DNA from: Schmidtea polychroa | Taxonomy: Eukaryota | NCBI GenBank assembly: GCA_044892525.1 | Contig: CM097885.1 | Coordinates: 52,392,001 to 52,456,000 of the forward strand | Length of the DNA stretch: 64,000 nt | Direction of reading: 5' to 3' | Shown here: positions 52,901 through 64,000 of the stretch, piece by piece | Numbering within the stretch: position 1 is the stretch's first letter | How the letters are laid out: every line of letters starts with the position of its first letter | Notes under the pieces: generated by a model | The model's input: the letters and a program-made list of their open reading frames with translations, nothing else | What the model was told of the DNA's origin: nothing | Database searches by the model: none | Program-made: the position numbers and the translations under genes

Positions 52901-55900
52901 TTTTTAATAATTTTAAAAAAAGTATTTTTATATATTAATTTTTGATTAATGTAGAATTAAACACCTACTCTTGATAAAAATCATTTTGAAGATTATTTAT
53001 CATCAATAATTGACTTTCTAATACATCTGATGTAAAATAATTGTTGCTAAATTTTTAAATATAACTTATTCCGATACATTTATTTAAGTTGCGTTTATCT
53101 AGATTCTAGAATAATGAATTTGCATTTATCGAGTTATTTCTCAAATTCTTATAATTATCAAATTCCTGATCACATTTTTTCGTATATTTTGATGAGATTG
53201 TAATTGTATAGAGGAGAATTACTGATATGTAATCTTTACCTTTTACATTGGCAAGTATTTGAAATTATTATAATTAATTTTAAAATTCGAACTTATTTTA
53301 AAAATTCAATCAAAATATTTTTATATTTCTGAAAATTCAAAAATTTATAAATAACTTGTGTTAAACATATCACATCATAAAATTTTTAGGTCAGTCGCTT
53401 ATTGAAAATAATAATAAACTTTATTCAAATCACACTTTGGCGTGGAATAATATTTGGTCGTATAGTGGGATTTTTATGAAATCTTCGGGTGGATTAGATG
53501 TATCATTACTGTCAGCCCAATATTTGTTAATGACCAATTCTCCGAGTTTCGGTAGACATGATGAATTCGGTTCAATGGGTGCTACTGGTCTGGGTGTCAT
53601 TTCTAATCAAGGCGTTGGCTCTAAATTGGTAATTCATAATTGCATTATTTTACGTTTTTATTTTCCGTAATTTTCGTTTGAAATATTTAAAATTCAAATC
53701 CTTTTTTAAACATTTAATTAAATGAGCGTCTATTTACAATATTCGAATTAAATATATTGTGGTGTAATTTTTGAAATTAAAAACAAAAATAAATGAATAC
53801 TTTTAAAGTGGGAACTTGTAACATGGAAAATTGTCTTAAAAATATAAGATTATGAACATAACAAATAGACTTTTACTTATCTTCCGGAATACAATAAATC
53901 ATGTCAATATTTTCAAATAAAATTACCTAGGTTTAGAAGAACAAGGTTAAATATTTACTGTTAGATATTATTTTAATTTCAACTACAGTTGAACATATTA
54001 AATTAGTGATATTATTAGATCATTTAGATTAATTATTCCTCACTTACATATTTGTTATAATTGACTATTTATGTATATGACATAAATTTTATAATTTAAA
54101 TAATGATTTTCAATACAATTCTTTTCTATTTAACATTTAGTATATAACTCCATACATTGATGGGATTCAATTTTCTTTCCAAATTTTTATTGATTTGTAA
54201 AATGAAAAATCCGTACGCACTTATTAGAACTTATTAAGAACCTGTACGGGCTGAATCCCATCACTGACTCCATGCCATTTTGCACTATTATTGATTAGAA
54301 AATATACTGGTCATATAATTCTATTGAAAATAAAATACATCTATTATTCATAATTATATCTGTTATCATTATTTTACAATATTGCATTTAAATTAATATT
54401 AAATTATTTATAATTTAAAACTATTATTGTTTGAATATAATTAAATATAATTAATCAAATTGAAAAATGTCCTGTGAAGTTACAGAAATGACGATTATCA
54501 AAATTGAATTAAAATCCAACAAATCACATGTTCCTGTTGACTATAACTTCAAAGGGAATTCCCAAACATTTTAAAGATTTGCTAAGATATTTTATAAAAT
54601 GCATATCTTTATAAGTTCTGTTGAAGTCCATTAAATTTTTAGACATGAGTTCACTAGATTGAACTTGTCCAGTGTAATTCGAACTAAGCAAACTCTGTCG
54701 CTGACCGCTTCTCACTCTCTTTCTTGGTGAATTCCGATATATATATATATATATATTATCTTCGTTCAACGATTCAATGTTTGAATCACTAAAAGAACTT
54801 TTAGTATCACAGTTTATCGAGTTTATCTTCTATGTATCCACTAAAGTGTCTGCTATATGCATTGGTATCAAAATTGGTTCATCTTTTTTGAAATCGGAAA
54901 TCATTTAAAATTTCCAAAGAAATTCTAGAATAATAAATTGTTTTAATAAATCGAGGCACAAAATTCTCAAATCACAAATACAATAAAGAAAACGATTCAA
55001 TTCCAAACAAATTCCAGAAATCGATTTTAAATTTTTATCACAGAAATAATAATTCAATTGATTCGAAATTTCTCAACCATAAAACACCGATTCATTAAAA
55101 AAATTCCATTACACAACTCGCACACAAAAAGCTATCATAAGTCAAAAATATAATTTGACTTATGATTGTAGATCAGCCGAACCATCAAGAGTCAATTAAT
55201 AGTTTTCAGTTAGAAGAACTTGTGGTGTAAGCAAATTCCTCAAATGAGTTCGGCTTGGATCTCTTTTGATCCTGTTGTCCAGTGAAGCTTCATGATTCTG
55301 CTGACTCCTTGTGAACCATCACATTGTTGTGTGATTTATACCTGAGTCTGAGTGGATTGAGAATGTTGACTCAAAATAAAAATCTTGATACGCACCGTTG
55401 TAGAATTTTACTTACCTTAGCTAATTGTACAAAAATATGATGTGCTTATCATGTCTGTAAACCTTTTAACGCATTGTTGAGTCCACTTCGAATCTCTGAT
55501 GTTGTACTTAAAAGGTAATACATTTGTACAATTATAGTTTGGAACCAGTCCCACATTAACGCATTTATATTAACCTTTCTGGTTACACTGTAACTTACTC
55601 AATTTATATTTTATAATTTACACATTTTTAATGTTTGTTGTGTTTATTTTTGTGTATATAATTATAGAATATGAATTGTAATGGTCGAATTGAGTATAGT
55701 CAGGAACTGTGGATGATGAGTTATCAAACTTTTATGAATCCAGATTCTGTAAAAGCAATGATAAAAAATAGAATGAAGCAATCCAAGATGTCTAAGAAAA
55801 ATGCTGAAAAATTCGGACTGAAAGGTTCAAGATTTCCAATTGTTACCAATGAATTGGGTATGAAATGATTCAAATTATAATTCCCATTATTAAGTTATGT

Positions 55901-56050
55901 TTGAAATGTTAGTGTATAGTGTCAGTTAACCTGAATTGTTTAATTTTCATGGAAATTTTATAATGTATTTTCATTAAAATAGTAAATTTTATACCTGAAT
56001 ATTATGTCATAATTAATTAAACAATAACATATTTTTCAATACATAATATC

Positions 56051-56120
<70 letters not shown>

Positions 56121-56569
56121 TCAATAATAATAATGTTAATAAAAATGAATCATAAATTATTGTTATCCGAACCATCATTTTGAGGCATTAAGATTTTCTG
56201 TTATTACAAACCATTACAAATCTAACAAGAAAATCGAAATCTTATAAATCAAATTGCAAAAATGTAATAAAATTCAAAAATTGTATTTCATATAAAAAAT
56301 CTATAATATAGTTTATTATTGATTAAATAAAATTTTAATTTTTTTTGTTTTCTTTTACAACAATTGAAAAATAAAGTAAAATTAAACAGACATTTCAGAA
56401 GTTTTATCAATTATTATATAATTTGTTATACAATTTGTGTTTTAATCATTATTATAGTTATTTAAGTTATTTTACATTTAAAAAATATAATTAATTTTTT
56501 CATATGTATGTTATGGGTTACAAACCAACATAGGTGTAATAGTGACCGAGTTATATCTTTTTGACATTA

Positions 56570-57848
56570 GTTCTCATTCTTGAGTATTTATACCTAGCCA
56601 TCTTTCCTTGTAAATAAAAATATACTTTTATTTACAAGGAAAGATAGCAAGGTACAAATACTTGAGAATAGGGATTGTACATTTACCGGTTTATTCATTT
56701 ACCGGTACATCGGTAAATGAAAATAAAATTACCAGTTTACCGGGAAATTACCGGGAAATTTTTTTTTCTAAAAGATAAAATAAAGTTGAAAAAAAACAAG
56801 TTTAAATTTCCATTTCATGATTTTTATTTCAAAAATATAAAATATGAAAAATATGAAGATTAATGTATTATTATAAATCTAAACAAACTATAATAATATT
56901 TTAGAAACAAATAAAAATAAAGTAAAAAAATAATAATGACACAGAAATAACTTTATTAACCTAATAGTTTTCGATTTATTAACTTTTTTTAAAAAATAGC
57001 TCCTCAAAAAACTTAAATTATTTAAAGTGATATTTCCTAATTTTGTTCTTATTTTTGTACACAATAACTCAGAGCCCGAGAATACCCTTTCTGAATCAAC
57101 ACTTGTTGGACGAATTGTCATCAAATAATCATATACCATTTGAATATACTTTACTCGTATTTTCTCTTGGCGGAAGTATTCCAATTCTTTTTTCACAATA
57201 TATTGCAATTTTTTTTGTTTTCTTGTTATGGAACTGATCTTTCATGGCATTCTGTTTTTTGTTTTATCAGGTCGTATAATTTCTGCTTTATAGGCATTTC
57301 TACATTAACTGTAGAAGTGTCAATATTTTTATTATCTGACTCTAAACTGGTATCAAAATCATGATGATTTAACTGAATCTGACTATCAACAACAATAATC
57401 GAAAGTATATCCACAATACTTTTGATTATTGCTGCTTTTTGGAGATATGAAAATATCGTAGTTTTCCTGATTCGAAAAAACCAAATTAGGGCCTGTCAAA
57501 TATTGCAGAACATGGAATTACTCGATTTGGTAAGCGGCTCGTTAATATCAAGTGTAATAACATAACAGTAAAATAAAAACTTACCTTAGCTTTCAAAATT
57601 CGCACAAAATACAAACAAATTAACTTAGAAAATATGTAATATAAAGTAATTTATTTATAAAAATTATAACCTTTTGTAAATCGTGTAAAGGACTCGTAAC
57701 TCTTACTTTTAGGTATTTATAAATACGATATTTTACACATAAAAATTTCTAGCAAGGATTTTTAATTTACCGAATTTACCGAGTGTTTTTTGCCAATTTA
57801 CCGGTAAACCGGTTTACCGGTATACAATCCCTACTTTAGAATGAGAAC
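56570..57848. mobile_element. ~110-bp palindromic TA-flanked MITE split by a hAT insertion
   Basis: Left arm GTTCTCATTCTTGAGTATTT; right arm AAATACTTGAGAA|TGAGAAC rejoins across the insertion. Confidence 0.7.
56669..57833 (-). mobile_element. hAT (Ac-like) deletion derivative
   Basis: TIR TAGGGATTGTA; TSD CTTGAGAA / CTTTAGAA; TTACCGG subterminal repeats; remnant IRPTSVDSERVFS...FLRSYF. Confidence 0.9.
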
Positions 57849-59215
57849 TATAATATATGCTGTAATGCAGAAAAAACATGTGTCTGTTTGCATGTCATAA
57901 GAACTCACAAAAGGTGAAAGTAACGGCATTTGCATATGGCATTCTGGCATTTCTTGGTCAACTATGGTATTTTCAACTTTCGAATTTTCTCCTGCCCAAT
58001 GTCACAGGCTTGAATTTGACAGACGAGTGCTTTGTGAGAGAGACGTATGGAGGAATGTCAAATTATGTTTTAATTGGTTCTTTGGTTGCCATAATCGATT
58101 TATATCATAATTTCAATATACTTTATTTATATTCGTAAATTCAATATTAATTTCAAGGAGAAGAGCTTTGTTCGAAAAGATTATGTAAGGATATTCATTT
58201 TCCTACTGGAATGGTAGGTTTGAAATTGAAGCACTATTTAATGATGACTGGAGATAAATCAATGTTCACTTCTAAAACTGGGTTCCAATTATTATCTGAT
58301 ATAAATACTTATTGGCTATCTGCGTTGAATACTAGCATATCCAGTCATTTTGAATTTAGTAAGTGTATTTCATTTATAATATATTTCTATAATCAATTAT
58401 ATTTGCACTATTCACATGTGATTTCAAATAGATTTTTGTAAAATATTATATGTGAAATTATTGAAATAATTCATTGATATACGAGCTCAAAATAAATAAA
58501 TTAAATTGAAAAAATCTAAAATGTATACTAATAAGTTTGTTGACTTCCTCCTAGAAAAAAGCATGGAATAAATAAATTCTGGTGTTGCAGCTTGATTTAA
58601 TCAACTTTTCAGTGGGAAATTCAACATTTCACATATGACTAATATATATATATATATATGCTAACTATTCAGAGTTTTTGATTCGGTATATTGGATTCGG
58701 TGCTTTTATATATATACAAATACTATATATCACTAATTTTTCTTTACTAGTATTTAATCATGGTTAAGAAATGATTTCTTTTTGCTGCATGTCTGTAGTA
58801 ACCAATTTGGTATAATTGTTTATAAATGTTTTGTACATGTTATAATAAATGTTATCAAAATGGCGGTAGCTCAAATTCATGAAAGAACTATTTATCTATT
58901 GAAAAATATGCTTATTTGTGGTAATTTTTTAACGATTTAATTCTTTATTATGTTATAAATCAATACAAATTTCCCTAATGTGTGAAAAAAATATCATTGT
59001 AGACGAAAGGAATTTATTTAATTTTGTATAAATAATTAAAACTAATAATATTTATCTGTAGGGGTTGTTCCTCCAAGTTTTAAATTTTACAGAGGACTGT
59101 TAATATAATGTATTTTACCATATAGGCGGGGCCGCTAGTATTTCTCCAGAAGTTTTATTCTTTTTTACGAGTAAACACATACACACATATTTATTGATTC
59201 AAATTTGATCAAATT

Positions 59216-59297
59216 CACTTGAAAAAGACAATGCCGAAACTTCGTGAATATCAAAAACATCGATATATTTACTGATACATAGTCAAGTTTTTTTAAT
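59216..59297 (+). ncRNA. Minimal hammerhead-like motif heading repeat family C
   Basis: CAC-TTGAAAA-A-GACA-A-TGCC-GAAA-CTTC-GTG; other copies have a perfect GGCA-G-TGCC-GAAA stem (4490-4502; reverse strand at ~51579-51593). Confidence 0.45.
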
Positions 59298-60016
59298 ATA
59301 TATATATAGATTTTCTTTGAAAGATTTTTAAAAAAATTATTTCATGTGATAATATCAATTTTTACTTTATTGATGTTTGTCTTCTAATATTAGTCATGAA
59401 ATTTTAGAATCTGCTGGTCCTAGCTCATTGTCTTCTACTGTTCAAAATTCTGCTTTTAATCTTGGTCTTCTCAAGGAGATTTTGCTAGCAATTCCAGTTT
59501 TGTTTTATTATTTGGATATTCCATATACGAAGGAAGTGGGGAATTACATGCTTAGACTAGAGAACATTTCGAATGCAATTAATATTCCATTTGATTCTCT
59601 CAATAATTACAATCCACCTTATGATGGTTTTAATGTTCTATCAGACAAAATTGAATTTCCAGAAGGCATCATGTTGAGACATCCACTGGATTCTCAAGTT
59701 GATATAGATTCTGGTATCAGAAATTTCGAAATCTATGAAAATGTTGGTTTTATTTATTATCTCGAAAACTGATATTATAATTTTATTTTAATGGTCCAAG
59801 AGAAAAGAGTTTAACATAATATACATGATGTTCAAATACTAAATATTGTATTTTGATATTGAACACCTTGACTGCCATGTTAACCAATTCTGATATGTTA
59901 ACTACGACTTATCTCGTAGTCGGCAGCCAACGTGTTAATATTTATTTTTTTCTGATTTTGCGTCATTGTGAATAGTCTGACACTGATTGCATGTGGTAAA
60001 ATTACTCCTCCATAAT

Positions 60017-60602
60017 TAGGGTTTCCATTCCGAGTACTCGGTTAATGGAATCGAGTACTCGAGTTTTAATAAAACAATCTTTTTTGTAAAATATAACTTA
60101 AATTTGATGCATATAAATGAGACCATACTAAAATACAATGTTAGCAGTTCAAGAACTTAGCAAAAAAGATGCTAACTTAATAACAGCAGAAGGGACAATC
60201 TTATATGTTATGAAGAAACTTAAGAATATAGATACTGAACTATCACTAAATTTATTAGAAATATTAAAAAATAAAATTGGGAAACGTAGAAATAGAGATA
60301 TGGTGTCCCTACTTATATTTTTACTTATATTTTTATTTCAATCAAAATGTATAGATATTTAAATAATTAATATTTTGACTAAAATGTTTTTCTGATGTTT
60401 AATGGATTAATTTAATTTTATATTATGTTATACTTGTTATAATGAACTGTTTTTGTTTTTAAATAAATAGGTATGTTTGATAACCTTTTGTTAAGAAATT
60501 ATTTTTCCTAGAAATTATTTCGGGTACTCGAGTAACCGGTTAATTAAAAAAAAGGTACTCGACTACTCGAGTAATTAAAACTCGAATAAAATGGAAACCC
60601 TA
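60017..60602 (+). mobile_element. hAT deletion derivative
   Basis: TIR TAGGGTTTCCATT; perfect TSD TCCATAAT; remnant LAVQELSKKDANLITAEG...KRRNRDMVSLL. Confidence 0.9.
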
Positions 60603-61134
60603 TCCATAATACATTCATATTTACATGTAACTCACCTTTTCGTTATTCCAAATTTATATCCAATACACTTAAATAATTCACTCATGTCTGGAATTAGACT
60701 GTTTATTTGGGTTTCTTTGTCTTGATCATAAATGTTATTGCTTTATGGTCAGTCCTTACCGAGAATCTTTTCCCAAATAAATCTAGCTTAAAGTACTGAG
60801 TGAAATGATACTCAATTTCATGTTTATCATTGTAAGGAGTTAGTAAACCCCTATATAAAATTATTATGGTTAGATGGTAGAAGAAATAATTATTTCTTTT
60901 AAATTTTTATATTTAAATTAAATTATATCATATTATCAAATTATATCAATATTAAATTATATCATATTATATTAAATTATATTAAATTAAATCAATTAAA
61001 TATATGACCAGTAATTACATTAAAATTAATAATTATCACGCCTCGGTGTTTAAATACGCTAGTAAACGACACAATTTTGAAGTTGTTATCAAAAATAAAT
61101 GCTTGAAAAAGATTTGAATTTAATTACGTCTAAC

Positions 61135-62170
61135 ATGGCGACCACGACCACGGATTTATTGATAAGCAGATATTACCTGAGAAATTTCACAAAGGCGATG
61201 ATCTAGAAAATTTTATCAAGGATTGTCAAAGGTTTTTTGACGCGACAAAAACAACAATTAGGATGCAAGTAATATTAACTACAGCATTACTTGACAGATC
61301 GCTAATGGAAGATTATGAAGCAGTCGAAGGAAAAACTATGGAAGAGAAACTTCGATGTGCATTTTCGAAACCGACATCATTAATGGATGATCTGAAAGAA
61401 GCTTTGAGTTATGAACAAGGATCAGATTCAGCCGAAACTTTTATATACAAAGTTAAAAAGATAACAAAGAAATTAATAGCGCCCAAATGGGATGAAAAAG
61501 AAATAGAAAAATGCCTGCTTACAAACTGTGTAAGAGATCGAGAAGTTAAAAAAGAGATCAAGATGAAAGATTTGAAAACAGAAGAAATAAAAGCGACAAT
61601 AAAGAAAGTAGAAAAGGTAAACAAAATTATGGGCCATATTAATGTTGTGAAGACTTCACCGGTTGTTCAAAACTACAGCATCTATAGAGATGTTGCTCAA
61701 AGAGGAATGGTAAACGGAAATAATAATTTTAAGCAGCGAAACGTCAGTAACCGACAATTGGAATGCTGGACATGCAGAAAACTGGTCATATTAGTCGAGA
61801 ATGCCAAATGAAAAAGAAAATGACCTATTTTGCATGCGGAGTTGAAGGCCATGTACGGCGAGAATGTTCAACAATTCAATGTCAGAGATGTCACTTACGT
61901 GGATACATGAAGATTGACTGCTATACAAATTTGGAAAGAAGGAAGTTTCAAACTATTTCAAACATGAGAAACAATAATTATTATGCCCATCGAACCACAA
62001 GCTATCAACAAAAGATCAACAATCCAGGAAGAACAATTGCAGCAATTGAAGCTAATGATGAGTCGATGCCACTGGAGTATTCAGACGATGCAGAAGACAA
62101 ATATGAGGATATTCATCACCCAAAAGTACATGCTTCGACACGGGAGGCAATGATCGGAGCAATATACTAG
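61135..62170 (+). pseudogene. gag: Gypsy gag (frameshifted)
   Basis: LPEKFHKGDDLENFIKDCQRFFDA; CWTC/QKTGHISREC, ACGVEGHVRREC, CQRCHLRGYMKIDC. Confidence 0.8.
61136..61147 (+). other. Primer-binding site complementary to the tRNA-Arg(UCG) 3' end
   Basis: TGGCGACCACGA immediately after the 5' LTR; complement of ...UCGUGGUCG-CCA. Confidence 0.7.
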
Positions 62171-62438
62171 GTAATTTTGATATTGATGTAAATATTGGTC
62201 ATAATAATTTTAATAGTGTAAATAATCCTTATATATATATAATAATGTAGAACCGTTATGTAATAAAATTTGTAATTTTAAAAAGTTTCTTTTAAATAAT
62301 TTAAAATTTTATAGTTATTTTAATGCTGATCGATCTTTAATAAATAATAATAATAATCCTAAGAATCAAGAAATATCAGAGGAGCAAAATATTTTCACTA
62401 AAGATGAATGGAAACGACCGATCCTGAGTAATGACAAA

Positions 62439-63030
62439 ATGCAAGGTAGACCGAGTACAACGCTTGAAATTCAGGGCCATAGAATGGAATGCTTACTAGA
62501 TACAGGAGCAAGAGTAAATGTAATGGCAGAAGCAGTTGTGGACAAATTAGTGAATGTGAAAATCATAAAAACAGATGAGATGTTAAGATGTGCAAATGAT
62601 AGTAAATTTGAGACAATCGGAAAAATACATATTGATGTTAGAATTGGTAATATGGAAAGAAAAATAACATTTATAATAGTTAAAAAATATTGTTCCAGAT
62701 ATAATAGGCGGAGTGGAATTGCAGAAAGAGTTTGGAATTGAATTAAACTACATCAAGCAAAATGAAGAAGTATATAATGAATTTGTGTGTGAAATAGAAG
62801 CTAGATTTGGGGAATAGATTACAAATAACGAGAGATGTCAAAAACCAATAGAAATTCTAAGATTAAACGAAAATAAAAGACTGTTAGATTGTGTAAAACA
62901 ATAAAAGTGTTTTTATGGCTAATAACTGGGATATCGGATATACTGATTTAATTCCACATAAAATCATCACAAAAGAAAGGCCAATTATGATAAAACCCAG
63001 AAGACAACCCATCAATTTTTAGGAGAAGAT
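62439..63030 (+). pseudogene. pol: Gypsy pol fragment (aspartic protease + start of RT)
   Basis: CLLDTGARVNVM; IIGGVE; DIGYTDLIPHKIITKERPI...PRRQP. Confidence 0.8.
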
Positions 63031-63648
63031 AGAGTGAGATCAGTTAGTAGAAATAATTATTTCTGTTAAATTTTTATATTTAAACTCCATATTAAATTAT
63101 ATCATATTATATTAAATTATATTAAATTATATTATATTATATTAAATCAATTAAATGTATATCCAGTAATTACATTAATATTAATAATTATCACGTCTCG
63201 GTGTTTAAATACGCTAGTAAATAAAAACCAGTTTGAAGGTGTTATAAAAAATAAATGCTTGAAGAAGATTTGAATTTAATTGCGCCTAACAATCATTTAA
63301 ATGAATTTAGATTATTCGATGATTTAATGTAATCATTAGAGGGTTAATATTTGTCTTCTTTGAAATTTAATGGCGACCATTTAGATATTTCTAGCATAGA
63401 TTGATAACTTTTCCCATCATAAATGAATTTATAATGAAGTTTCTGAATAATTTGAACAATAAATCTATCAAATTGAGTATACATGTCATAAATTTACGTT
63501 TAAGAAATCATTTTAATTAAAAATTTATTTATTTATTCAATCTAAATAATTTATTTGCCAGATTTTAGTAGAAAATTCTAATTTAAATTAATTAATAACT
63601 TGATTAATCAGTATTTAAGATAAATATTTACTGGATTACTAATAAATA

Positions 63649-63883
63649 CTCCCTCTGTCCAAAAATAATAGTCCAGTTTGACTTTGCTGCAATTTCTTTT
63701 ATGCGTAACAGTGATACTAAAAATGCAGTTTTGTTATTTGTTCAATCAATAAAATAAAATTATTTAATGTGTTATTATTGTAAAGGTTTTACAAAACCGT
63801 TCAATTTTTTATATTCTCTATTGACAATCATTTTGGGAAAAAGGCTAAAATGCAACTGGACTATCATTTTTGGACAGAGGGAG
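63649..63883. mobile_element. Stowaway-like Tc1/mariner MITE
   Basis: TA-CTCCCTCTGTCCAAAAAT(A/G)ATAGTCCAGTT TIRs, TA TSD, 235 bp. Confidence 0.88.
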
Positions 63884-64000
63884 TATAATTTAAAGTTATT
63901 TCGTTATTTAATTACCTTTTTATGATATTTATTTACCATAATTTGAATAATTTAAATATTTACTTGTACTGGTTAATTTTACAATAATTTTCTGTATTTT

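Larger units (their letters stand above)
60868..63291 (+). mobile_element. Internally deleted Ty3/Gypsy LTR retrotransposon
   Basis: LTRs at ~60868-61135 and ~63037-63291, both ending CTAACA; flanks ATTAT / ATCAT; frameshifted gag with three zinc knuckles, protease LLDTGA and RT N-terminus, then the 3' LTR. Confidence 0.9.

Noticed and set aside
57878..59772. Several 76-131 aa ORFs
   Set aside because: No recognisable domain, splice structure or reliable start.

Overview
Very AT-rich, repeat-dense animal genomic DNA. The composition, (TA)n/(TAA)n microsatellites and TE mix are compatible with a flatworm such as a planarian, but this is inference only. The one clear host gene is a minus-strand biogenic-amine GPCR of the alpha1-adrenergic/octopamine-alpha type. 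It has three coding exons (30004-29125, 18739-18632, 8307-8078; 405 aa) separated by two ~10 kb TE-filled introns. Other content: an apparently intact pogo (DD35D, Passer-like) transposon inserted in a (TAA)n tract; a full-length hAT element just upstream of the GPCR; a decayed pogo; an internally deleted Ty3/Gypsy element with both LTRs and a tRNA-Arg PBS; many TIR/TSD-defined MITEs (hAT, pogo, piggyBac-like, Mutator-like, Stowaway-like); remnants of Tigger, hAT, Merlin, mariner, Polinton-like PolB, non-LTR RT and Penelope GIY-YIG sequences; and a 12-bp satellite with higher-order structure. The most notable signal outside the ORF track is three dispersed repeat families carrying minimal hammerhead-ribozyme-like cores, two with the U3-A8 variant core and one with a compensatory change in stem II, spatially linked to Penelope-like remnants.
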